Assembly: GCF_006345805.1 (NCBI RefSeq)
Contig: NC_042997.1
Span: forward strand, 114,452,001-114,516,000
DNA length: 64,000 nt
Direction: 5' to 3'
DNA from: Octopus sinensis
Lineage: Eukaryota
Part shown: piece by piece, positions 52,885-64,000 of the stretch
How the letters are laid out: every line of letters starts with the position of its first letter
Position numbering within the stretch: the stretch's first letter is position 1
The notes under the pieces: generated by a model
The model's database searches: none
What the model saw: the letters and a program-made list of their open reading frames with translations, nothing else
What the model was told of the DNA's origin: nothing
Program-made: the position numbers and the translations under genes

Positions 52885-53077
52885 AGTTATCCTACATTGA
52901 CTCCAGAAGATGTGAGATTTAGACAACACAAAAAGAGTAGAAATTGTTTATGGCCTAGGATATTTTGCATAATTTAAATAAAACTGAGCTAAGATGGGAT
53001 AAAGGCATGAATATGGACAATAAATGCGCAGAGAAAAACCAAGAGGGCTGCAATTTTAGGTAAAATGTGGAGGAATG

Positions 53078-53707
53078 TCATCATCATCATCATCATCATG
53101 ATCGTTTAACGTCCGTTTTCCATGCTAGCATGAGTCGGACGATTTGACTGAGGACTGGCGAACCAGGTGGCTGCACCAGGCTCCAATCTGATCTGGCAGA
53201 GTTTCTACAGCTGGATGCCCTTCCTAACGCCAACCACTCCAAGAGTGTAGTGGGTGCTTTTACGTGCCAGTCAGTGGGTACTGGTAACAGCCATGCTCAA
53301 ATGGTGTTTTTTACGTGCCATCTGCACAGGACCCAGTCCAGCTGCACTGGCAATGACCTGGCTCGAATGTTTTTTCATGTACCACCGGCACAAGTGCCAG
53401 TAAGTCGATGCTGGTAACAATCACGCTCGAATGGTGCTTTTTACATACCACCTGCATGGAAGCCAGTTTGCTGCTCTGACATCGATCACACTCGGATGGT
53501 GCTCTTAGCGCTCCACTAGCACAGATGCCAGTCATCAAATTTGATTTCAATTTCGATTTCACTTGCCTCAACAAGTCTTCGCAAGCAGAGTTTAGTGTCC
53601 AATGAAGGAAAGGTACACATAAGTGGGCTGGTTACACCCCTGGCATAGGCCACGAGGTTATGGTCTCACTTGGCTTGCCGGGTCTTCTCAAGCACAGCAT
53701 ATTTCCA
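53078..53707 (-). mobile_element. RTE-LINE 3' end (end of ORF2 + 3' UTR with internal repeats + (GAT)n tail)
   Basis: Minus strand begins TGGAAATATGCTGTGCTTGAGAAGACCCGGCAAGCCAAGTGA (WKYAVLEKTRQAK*), then repeated gtgctttttacgtgccaccggcac-type units and the family C tail. Confidence 0.75.
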
Positions 53708-53869
53708 ATTTATACAAATATATTTTACCTTAAATTGTGGTTATTCAGATGATGGCATTTACATGACTAGTCTTGTTTCTTTCAGTTTTGAAATCAACAG
53801 CGTACTCTCTAATGATTTTGGAAAATGAAAGAAACGTCACTGGTCTTCATACTCTTAATCGAATGAATC

Positions 53870-54550
53870 AACCCCAGCATGTTTTTAAAGCCCGGTACTT
53901 ATTCTGTCACTCTCTATTACTGAACCGCTAAGTTAGGGGATGTAAACACACTAACACTGGTTGTCAAACGGTGGTGGGGGACAAACACACACACGCACGC
54001 GCGCACAAACACACACACATGCACATACGATGGACTTCTTTCAGTTTCCGCCTACCAAATCCACTCGCAAGGCTTTGGTCGACCAGAGGCTATAGTAGAA
54101 AGCACTTGCCCATTGGGACTGAACCCAGAACCATGTGGTTAGGACACAGTATAGTTATATACTCTTTTACTTGTTTCACTCATTTGACTGTGGCCATGCT
54201 GGAGCACCGCCTTTAGTCGAGCAAATCTACCCCAGGACTTATTCTTTGTAAGCCTAGTACTTATTCTATCAGTCTCTTTTGCCGAACTGCTAACTTACGG
54301 GGATGTAAACACACCAGCATCGGTTGTCAAGCGATGTTGGGGGGACAAATACAGACACACATATACACACACATTCATATATATATGACAGGCTTCTTTC
54401 AGTTTCTATCTACCAAATCCATTCACAAGGCTTTGGTTGGCTCGAGGCTATAGTAGAAGACACTTGCCCAAGGTGCCACACAGTGGGACTGAACCCAGAA
54501 CCATGTGATTGGTAAGCAAGCTACCTACCACACAACCACTCCTACACCTA
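53870..54550 (-). mobile_element. Two adjacent SINE family A copies
   Basis: Family A reverse consensus at ~53870-54145 and ~54160-54550. Confidence 0.85.
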
Positions 54551-55321
54551 TATAGTAGATAATAAATATGTTGATTAGAGACAATCAAATATATTAATTA
54601 AAGGCTGGTCTCAACTTGAAGCTATGAGTGAAAATGGGTAGATGAAAGCTATAGCAGCTTCATCGAATGGCTTATACCTGTGATTGAAAAATCCAGCTTT
54701 GTTATACCATATCATGGTGATACTACCTGGGAATTACATAAAAGGTACAAATGTATGTGGTGTACTCAGCCACTTAGACAAGAATTCAATGAATATTTAG
54801 TTCCATCGATTAGACAAAAATATTATACAAGGTCAAAATCAACGAAGGATCCACTTATGTTTTTAATGAATGAAAATATTGTTTACTAAATCAAAGGAAA
54901 AGTAATTAATTATAAATTATAATTGTGAGTCATCAGAGGAAGTAATAACTTTCATTGATAAATTAAACTCGTCAATCAAGTAATATTTACAACAGGGAAA
55001 AAAAAAAGGGGCAGAAAATCTAGGTCGTTTGCGTAATAAACCGAATTCTTAGATAGATGTGTCTGACCATGTGTAAGACATCGGGATCAATAATGCCATA
55101 ACACCAAGTATAATGTGGGAGACTGGGACACCTAACTTCAGTAAACCAGCAGTGTGTGTGTGTGTGTGTGTGTGGTGTGTGTGTGTGTGTGTGTGTGTGA
55201 TACACACACATACATATATAATTCCATTTTTAGGAGTGGAACCTGAAATAGACAAAATTATAAATAACAGTTTATAAATATTGGGTGAAGAACCCTTTGG
55301 ATTGAAAAGTTGAAGACTGCT

Positions 55322-55380
55322 TGTAGAATTCAAACCCACATTTTCTGTAAAATGACAGACATTCTACCATTGGACGAAGC
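55322..55380 (-). pseudogene. tRNA-like relic (pseudo-tRNA or SINE head)
   Basis: Minus strand gtccaatggtagaatgtctgtcattttacaga...gtgggtttgaattctac has D-arm, anticodon-arm and T-arm-like parts but a poor acceptor stem. Confidence 0.3.
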
Positions 55381-55951
55381 AATTTTTGGAAATTTTCTGA
55401 CAATTTCAAGAATTTAGAGACTTGAAGTAAATGAAACTTTATCTTTGCTTATTGCATGATGAGATTGTCTTTAAAAAATTGAAACCAGTAATATATTTTG
55501 ATAAAAACGTAAATATTTTCCTCCCGTCATAAAATTCTCAAAGAATTTTCTTATCTTGTTACCTATCTATCTATCTATCTATCTTGTCAGAAGAGTAAAA
55601 AGACATACTGTTAGGTTATTACATGTTATTCTTCCAAAAAATCTCAACAGACTTTTTTACTACTCTGACAAGATTTTGCCCAATAAAATGTTTTAATTAC
55701 TGGAATTTAATTCTTTTGGGCAAAATCGAAACAGCTGTAAGATAACGTGTTGACTTTTTGCAGTTAATAAATTATATTAATGCTACTTCTCCATTTTCTG
55801 AATTTTATTTGAATATTTAAAAAACCAAGATTTATACCTATTATTTTAGGAATATTGCTATTCACAACAAAATAATAGGTAACAAATCAATAATTCATTG
55901 GATATTTTTTATCCCTTAATGAGACTATTTTAACGTCTATTTAAATTATAT

Positions 55952-55987
<36 letters not shown>

Positions 55988-56152
55988 ATTTAAAAATAGG
56001 ATAAAATCTTTATAAGAATTTATCAAGTAGTTAGCGTGAAAAACCTCATAAGGGAAAAATCCATCAATTTTCCTCTTAAATATATTTATTTATATTGAGG
56101 GCATTACTATACATAAATGCCCTCAATATAAATATATATACATATATATATA

Positions 56153-56185
<33 letters not shown>

Positions 56186-56936
56186 CATTTATATTTATAT
56201 ACTTAACATGGGGCTTTTTAAATGACAGAATTTAAGATACTGGACCAGAGTTGGCACAAAGAATTAAATGAAAATGACTTCATCCAGGAGCAGAAACTAT
56301 TTCACAAAGTGAGGAAGAGTTTGATGGAATCTTTCTTGCACTGAACAGAAACGTATAATGCAGAAGGAATTATGAAACAGTTCTTACCGGCTGCTATTAA
56401 TGTTGTTATGAAAATACTGGAAAACATCTTTAAAGTTCTTGTTGTTGTTGTTCTGAAGAGAAATTATATAAAATAATATTAAGAAAAAAAAAGAGAGAAT
56501 TTTTTTTTTATAAATATGTCTTTTTTTTAAAAATCTTATGCAATCTAATTCAAAGCTAAAAACACACACACATGCACACACACACGCGCACACACACACA
56601 TGTGCGGACGCACGCACACACGGATGCACACAAAATCAGCAATTTTGATTTTTATATTAAATTCACCATTTTGTCTGATCATTTCGTTTGTATTTGTTTT
56701 GCAAAATTCTTGATGAGAAATCTATGTTTAAACAGATGTACATTTGTAGGGTCATTTTCTGATATTTTATATTCAATTTTATTAATATTAGTCAACTAGT
56801 TAACTAATTAACCAGTTAGCTAATTGATTGTTTGAACTATCATTTCATTGATCAATCAGTCAGTTTGCATGTCAGAATCCTTTTGTTATCTGCGATCTCA
56901 TCAAAGATAAGTGCTAACATCATTGAAGTAAGAGTA

Positions 56937-57438
56937 CCGTAAATCCTCGAGTATAATCCACATTTCCCCCCAAAATTTAAAGGTCAAAATCCCTACTGCG
57001 TACTATATACGAGGTTAAAAATGAAAATTAATTTCTAAGTAATGTCCGAGTCTCAATTTGCTGTCCGGCAATGTTTATTCAGACGCATTTTCTGATGTCG
57101 GGCGTGAAAATACCTTAAGCTAAGCTTGAAAGCAATGAAGTCATAAAAGAATCATCCATAACTTGCAGTAAGCAACATTTATTAAACGTTATTACTGTTA
57201 TTTCTTTATTTTTTGCAAACAAAATGCACAAAAAAGCTACACATTTGCATTATGTTATATATACAATAATAAAGGACATTACTGTATACATTTTTACAAA
57301 CCAAGGATGTTATATAGACCTTCTTGACTCAAGAAGGAATGCGTATTATACACAAGGTTTAGGGTTTTCAGAGGTACAGCCCCCTAAAAATCCCTTGCGT
57401 ATTATACTCAAGGGCGGACTATACTCGAGGATTTACGG
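56937..57438. mobile_element. Tc1/mariner-superfamily (Tc2/pogo-like) MITE, ~500 bp
   Basis: TIRs ccgtaaatcctcgagtata / tatactcgaggatttacgg; TA on both sides; no ORF. Confidence 0.85.
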
Positions 57439-57509
57439 TATATCTTTCCTAAGGTAGCCCATTTATACATATATAGGTATATTCAGCCATCCACCTGTTA
57501 ATCCGTTTG

Positions 57510-58140
57510 GGATCTTTTCCTTTTGTATGGCACATGTCAACACAATTTCTAGTTAACTAAACATTTTAAAACTTCGTATACTGGTAGAATGTGTCAAAAT
57601 AAAACATTTTTTGGATCTTTTCCTTTTGAACAGCACATGTCAACACAATTTCTAGTTAACTAAACACTTTAAAACTTCGTATACTGGTAGAGTATGTCAA
57701 AATAACACATTTTTTTCTCTTGGCTTTCTTGAGAAAATTGTAATTCGTTTGTTTAATGTAGTTTAATTTTTCGAATTTTAACCAATCAATTGCCTCTAAT
57801 TGAGCTAAAATCATTTGCTGCGTCTAAAACTGAGACAACATCCTGTCACTAACCCTAACCCTAACCCTCACCCTCACCCTAAATTTTAGCCTTTCGTTTT
57901 ATTTTTCTTAATTGTTAAATTAATTTAAGGATAACAATTAAGAAAAAAAACCGAACAATTAAGAAAAAAAAAAGAAAGGCTAAAATTTAGGGTTAGGGTT
58001 AGTGACTGGATGTTGTCTCGGTTTTAGACGCAGCAAATGATTTTAGCTCACTAGAGGCGATTCATTGGTTAAAATTCGAAAAATTAAACTATGTTAAACA
58101 AACAAATTACAATTTTCTCAAGAAAGCCAAGAGAAAAAAA
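57510..58140. mobile_element. Partial and truncated fold-back elements starting ggatcttttccttttg, with (CCCTAA)n
   Basis: Starts at 57510 and 57613; arms ~57710-57918 and ~57955-58140 are complementary. Confidence 0.8.
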
Positions 58141-58142
58141 TG

Positions 58143-58936
58143 GGATCTTTTCCTTTTGAATGGCAGATGTCAACACAATTTCTAGTTAACTAAACACTTT
58201 TAAACTTCGTATACTGGTAGAATGTGTTTATAAAACATCATTTTTTCTTGGCTTTGAGAAAATTCTATAGTTTGTAAGATATTTCGTCTGAAATTTCGAG
58301 CATTTCGGCAATTTTAACCAATTGCTGACCTCCATTTGGGGTGAAAAGATTCCGTGCTGTATGAATACGTCCCTTGTTTAAGAAACAGATTGGGTTTATT
58401 TACATTTGCAAAGAAAAAAAGGTACCCTTCCCCCACCCCTAACCCTAACCCTAGAATAGATTGAAATGCAATAGATCGATACTAGGGTTATAATTATGGG
58501 TGACAATTTCATGACACCACTACAGAAAATGGGATTTTTTTCTAGCGGTGTCAAATGAAAATGTCACCCATAATTATAACCCTAGTATCGATCTATTGCA
58601 TTTCAATCTATTTTAGGGTTAGGGGTGGGGTTAGGGGTAGGGGTGAGGAAAGGGTATCTTTTTTTCTACTCAAATGTAAATAAACCCAATACGTTTCTTA
58701 AACAAGGGACATATTCATACAGCACGGAATCTTTTCATCCCAAATGGAGGTCAGCAATTGGTTAAAATTGCCGAAATGCTCGAAATTTCAGACGAAATAT
58801 CTTACAAACTATAGAATTTTCTCAAAGCCAAGAAAAAATGATGTTTTATAAACACATTCTACCAATATACGAAGTTTAAAAGTGTTTAATTAACTAGAAA
58901 TTGTGTTGACATCTGCCGTTCAAAAGGAAAAGATCC
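58143..58936. mobile_element. Complete ~794-bp palindromic (fold-back) non-autonomous DNA element with telomeric hexamers
   Basis: ggatcttttcc...ggaaaagatcc; arms ~385 bp and highly similar; cctaaccctaaccct / agggttagggg inside the arms. Confidence 0.88.
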
Positions 58937-59001
58937 ATATATGCTTTTACGTATATATACCTATATATTGATATCTATCTATCTGTCTATCCAATATCCG
59001 T

Positions 59002-59037
<36 letters not shown>

Positions 59038-59055
59038 TTATCTATCCAATATCCG

Positions 59056-59086
<31 letters not shown>

Positions 59087-59844
59087 GTAGGTATGTATGT
59101 ATGTATGTATGTGTGTATGTGCGGTGTGTATGTGTGTGCGGTGTAGTATGTGTCTGTATGTCTGTGCGTGCGGGCTGATATAGTACAAAATGGACATTGG
59201 TTTTGCTACTTAATTTTCCCTTATATTACTTTTCCCAATATTAAATTCTCTCTATTTTTCTGTTACCACTTGTTTGATAAACTTAATTTGCAATACATTT
59301 GGGCAACCAACTGTAATCCTACTGTAATATGAATTAGATTGGTCTTTTGATAAGACACATTCGTCCTAACTTAGACTACATTCCTTGTGTCTGGTGCTCC
59401 AGCATGGCCCTAAACAAAGCAGTAAAAGATATACGGTCTAATTTTGAAGTGATTCACATTTTAACAAACGTTGGCAAATACTGACTTTTACATGAACGAA
59501 ACTTTTGATTTGTGAGGGTGTTAGATGACGGTATGTGACATTCATGCCTTTCCAGTGGTCATTAACAGCACAATTAAGCTGATCCCGTTAAAAAATATTG
59601 GTTCCAAATTTTAGCAATTTCAGGAGAAGTAGTTAAGTCGATTACATGGACCCCAGTGTTCAACTGGTGCTTATTTTTATCGATTCGCAAAAGGATGGAA
59701 GGCAAAATCGATCTCAGAGCGTAAGGACGGACGAAATGCTGTTATTCATTTTGCCCGGCATGCTAACGAGTCTCCCTGTTTGCTGTCTGGATCACGTTAA
59801 AATTATCGATTACTTTCGGCCAAATTTCATTTCGTAAGAGATAC

Positions 59845-59913
59845 CATGATAATCTAGTGGGACATAATTAATAGCAGAGCCTATAAAAAGGGAGTATATC
59901 GGTGGTCCGGGAC
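59845..59913 (-). CDS. Candidate internal coding exon of an unidentified host gene (phase 1-1)
   Basis: tttggttttccag| ... |gtatct; 69 bp, open frame (G)PGPPIYSLFIGSAINYVPLDYH. Confidence 0.35.
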
Positions 59914-60329
59914 CTGGAAAACCAAATAGGAAGTGGCCAGCGAATATCTGATGGAGATGCTCCCTCAATAAATATATTAATAAGCAAATAAATCAATTAA
60001 TTAATAATAAATAAATAAACTCAGAGCCCCTTCGAATTTTGAGATGAACCTTGAGCACTGGGGTCCGAAAGGAGTTTTGGTGCATCTTATTCCACCTTTC
60101 AGAATTTCTCTTGGAGGCTCCGGTACATACAAAATATGTACGCCCCATGGAATAAAATACGAAAGTTTCATTCTGACGATATTGATACTTGAACTGTTTT
60201 CTCTTCCATTATAATTCTAATTACAACTAGGATGTCTTAAAGGTAAATAATATCGGCTTCAGTTCTTAACGGATAATTTATTTTACCACCCAACCCTAGG
60301 CCATTTTAGTAATTTTATAGCTCCGAGCG

Positions 60330-60489
60330 AATCTATTACTGACATTGAACACAACATACATAGATTAGAATTGGATTCCTAAAATCTATCACTGACATTG
60401 AACACAACATACATAGATTAGAATTGGATTCCTAAAATCTATCACTGACATTGAACCACAACATACATAGAGTAGAATTGCATTCCTAG
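60330..60489. repeat. Minisatellite, 3 x 53 bp
   Basis: aatctat(t/c)actgacattgaacacaacatacatagattagaattggattcctaa at 60330, 60383 and 60436. Confidence 0.92.
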
Positions 60490-61172
60490 ACTGTGAGGCC
60501 CTTGGGCAACAGCTCAATGTATCTGTGCATTAAGACGGCGCTGACCCCAACCCGAGAAGATATAAGGTAAAGTTTGACCTTTATCGGATTCAGAAATTAA
60601 AGGGTTATAACTGCTATCATAAGTTAGTTTGTCACTCTAAGGATAAAAAAAATTATGATTCTTTAGTATTTTAGCTTGCTCTGTTTAATTTCTTTCTTCT
60701 AACTTCGCTGTTTATAATCAACATGTTTGTTACAATTCATGTTATTTTGTTCAAACCCCACATTTCACGGGATGTTTATCATTCACAGTAGTTTTACAAA
60801 CATAAAAAACAAATCAGTTTAAAGACGATGTTCTTTTTCCTCGCCTTCTTTTACATTTGTTCGGTTATTTCGTCACAGACGTTCTAGCATTTGTTCAAAA
60901 CACAGACAACTGAATAGATTGATACAGTAGAATCAGCGGAGAGGTCTTCAGTTTGTAATTTATCTTCAGCGCTTCGTTGAGTCCGTACAGGGCCGGCACT
61001 ACAAGATGATTGCACAGGGCGTTGAAATCTAACAGCGTAAGAAAAGTGAAAGAAATGTAACAAATATTTTTTAAACCTTTAATCTTTTTAATACCCATCT
61101 CTGTCAGTGAAGAGTTGCATGTGTTTGAAGAACAGCAGACAACTTAATCGTCATCAGGTAAACTTTACATAC

Positions 61173-61580
61173 AATGGCTGTGTGGTAAGTAGCTTGCTTA
61201 CCAACCATATGGTTCCGGATTCATTCCCACTGCATGGCACTTTGGGCAAGTGTCTTCTACTATAGCCTCGGGCCTACCAAAGATTTGTGAGTGAATTTGG
61301 TAGACGGAAACTGAAAGAAGCCCGTCGTATATATGTATATGTATATATATTTATGTATGTCTGTGTGTGTATATGTTTGTATATCTGTGTTTGTCCCCCC
61401 CCCAACATCGCTTGACAACCGATGGTGGTGTGTTTACATCCCGTAACTTAGCGGTTCGGCAAAAGAAACCGATAGAACAAGTACTAGGCTTACAAAGAAT
61501 AAGTACTGGGGTCGATTTGCCCGACTAAAAAGGCGGTGCTCCAGCATGGCCGCAGTCAAATAACAAACTAGTAAAAGAGA
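61173..61580 (+). mobile_element. SINE family A, young near-consensus copy
   Basis: CpG-retaining head, internal microsatellite and 3' half. Confidence 0.88.
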
Positions 61581-62944
61581 TATAAGCAACTGTTCTTAGC
61601 TGTACCCAGCGGTCATAATAGAGAGAAGAGGTGCTCATTGTAGGGTTAATCTTAGGGCGATAACTACCCTGGCATAACCGAATCCGCTCATATGACTCAC
61701 AATGTAAACACAACTACGTTGTCGAGAAGACGTGTGTTTTAATTAATTTCTCTTTACGATTTTGTTGAGAGACCCTAATTTATCTAGCTTACTCAGTCCC
61801 TAATATGTTATAAGTTAGTATGAATGCTGACAGCCAGAGAGATAATTAAACGACGTTATTTCATTCAAAAGGCCATACAAAAGAATTCCGCGACCAACAT
61901 ATTGCCAGCGATTCTCCGGTGGAGAACCCTTGACCTAACTAGAGATAGATGATTAATAAATGAATACCCGATTGAAAGCTTAAGGAACAGAGAGAGAGAG
62001 AGAAAGAAAAGATATTGCATTCTGCTTATGAAAACAAACTAACGGAAGCTGTATTCAGCAGTGTGTTGGTTTAATTAAAGAAATAAAATAGAATTTACCT
62101 TGGTTTTATCGACAGTAAATGACCTGTAGTGATACGCTACCCACTTCCACTGTTCCGGTCCTTGTCGCAAAACGCAGCACAGGTAGTTTTTTTTCTTTAT
62201 ATACCTCATGTCAAACGCCTCAAAGTTCTCACCAAATCAAGTTTTCATGAAACCACGGGTTTTGTTCACTTGATTTTCTTGATTTTCCTTCTCATTTTCT
62301 CTTTCTGTTTTCTTTTCTTTTCTTTTTTCTTTTCCGAGTCGAATTTAATGTCCATTGTCTTCTCAGTCGTGTTTTGCCAAAAAAATATTTTCTTCAATCA
62401 CACGAGAGGTAAAAATGTACAGATTTATTAAGCCATCCTGAGTGATTGCAGCTAAATCATCTCTATTTTATTTCCTACTTCCAGTATTTTAAATAATTGT
62501 AGGGAATACGATAAAGATTTCTTTTAGATTAACTCAGACTTGCTATTGGAGAATTGTATTAACATAAAAGGACACATAGGCACAGAAGAAATATGTTAAG
62601 ACATACATACATACATACATACATATGCTGAACTATTGAGAAATTTATAGTTACTCTATTCACATTACAAGTTCAGGTTTATACCTGTAATTATTGGAGC
62701 GCTGAGATATGTAACACACTGCCTAAATACCAATCTTGAGAAATTAGGCTTCTTAAAACTAGAAATGAGCAAGCTAATTCGAAGACTACAAATCCAATCC
62801 ATCACTGGAACTGTAAAAATCTGTAAAACTTTCCAGAAGTTTATCATTTAAATATATATAAGTTTGTCTAGATATGTAAGTATAAGCGTGAAAATACATA
62901 CATAAAACAAAACACACAAATCTGCACATACATACATACATATA

Positions 62945-63870
62945 TGATGGTTGTCCACTCATGACCGAGGAAGACCATTGCTGACCTTTAGGACCATTGT
63001 GTGATCTAGGACTAACTTATATTTCACATTTGTGGCTCCACTGTGGCTAATGAGCCCTGCTCTTGACAAGCATACATGACTACAAACATTGCAAACCAAA
63101 ATTTCCCCATTCACTACACTAGCATTGTGCTTTCGAGCAGCACACTTAAATTCTTCAAACCAGTCTCTGTGTCTGACAGTAGCATATTCCAGTGTTTCAG
63201 CAGCACATTGAAGAACCTGGTCTCGAAAATCTTCCCATACTGCAGTATTTTCAATGCTGGACAAGCAAGTCTGAAGTTCTTTCCTCAACACAGCATCATA
63301 CATCTTGGGGACATTAAGACGCCGAGGAATGCCAACTGGTCCTCTTCTCTCTTTCCCTCTAATCATCATTCGGAACTTTACTCACACCAGACTGTGGTCT
63401 GCCCAGCATTCTGATCCATGAAAGGACTTGACATTACAAATGTCATAGATGTCATGCTTGTGGATGATGACATAATCCAGCAAGTGCCAAACTTTAGACC
63501 TTGGATGCATCCATGTTGTTGTGTGATCACCTTTGTGCATAAAACGAGTGCTTGCAATGTAAAGTCCATGTTCATCACAAAGCTCATTTTCCCAACATCA
63601 AAACGTCCTAGAGAGATCCATGTTTACTAGTCTGTTCCAACACTGGCATTGAAATCCCCCAGCAGAATGACTTTATCAGAATTGGGGATTTTCCTAAGTA
63701 TTGCTCTCAGCTGGGTATAAAAGATAGTTTTATCTTCATCACATCTAGTCAAAGTAGGTGCATATATATGCACTTATTAGAGTAGCAAACTGCCCACCTT
63801 TCAGGTGCAATCGTAGAGTTATTAGATGTTCATTTATAGGAACAGAAAGCTCCTCCAACTCCTTAAGGAT
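62945..63870 (-). pseudogene. Internally deleted RTE/BovB-like LINE (APE endonuclease remnant joined to C-terminal zinc finger)
   Basis: ATLISAY, KVILLGDFNASVG, WMHPRSKVWHLLDY, CWADH, RHRDWF, then soon CNVCSHVCLSRAGLISH; (tatg)n tail near 62930. Confidence 0.85.
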
Positions 63871-64000
63871 ATCAGGACGTACATACATACATACATACAA
63901 AACAATATCCCACAATGCATTTGCAGTACCAGTGCTAATCCCAACATTTGGGATACTTGATTGGTCTATAGAGGAAATCCACTCCATAGATATCAAAACC

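Noticed and set aside
57850-58640. True telomere or chromosome-fusion scar
   Set aside because: Only 2-4 hexamers per run, embedded symmetrically within fold-back element arms
60330-60489. Possible CRISPR-like repeat
   Set aside because: Contiguous 53-bp tandem units without unique spacers, in a eukaryotic context

Overview
AT-rich, microsatellite-rich eukaryotic intronic/intergenic DNA. The repeat families suggest an octopus (coleoid cephalopod) genome; this is inference, not verified. No complete protein-coding gene is recognisable, and nearly all long ORFs in the track are (TA)n/(CA)n artefacts. The window is mostly mobile DNA: a decayed DD34E Tc1 transposon with TIRs, two abundant tRNA-derived SINE families, many 5'-truncated RTE-LINE 3' ends, remnants of CR1-, R4/Dong-, RTE/BovB- and Penelope-type retroelements, hAT and Tc2/pogo-like MITEs, fold-back elements with telomeric hexamers, a U2 snRNA 5' fragment, a 100-N gap and a few candidate minus-strand host exons near 55-64 kb. 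The most notable signal is about a dozen type-I hammerhead ribozyme (HHR) motifs in several sequence-unrelated non-coding elements. Many of these sit in (TA)n tracts and show tandem and/or fold-back architecture. The best examples are a near-identical 491-bp retrozyme-like tandem+inverted array (14956-16476) and a head-to-head dimer of a tRNA-headed, hammerhead-tailed SINE (6360-6828). All calls were made by eye, without database searches or folding software.
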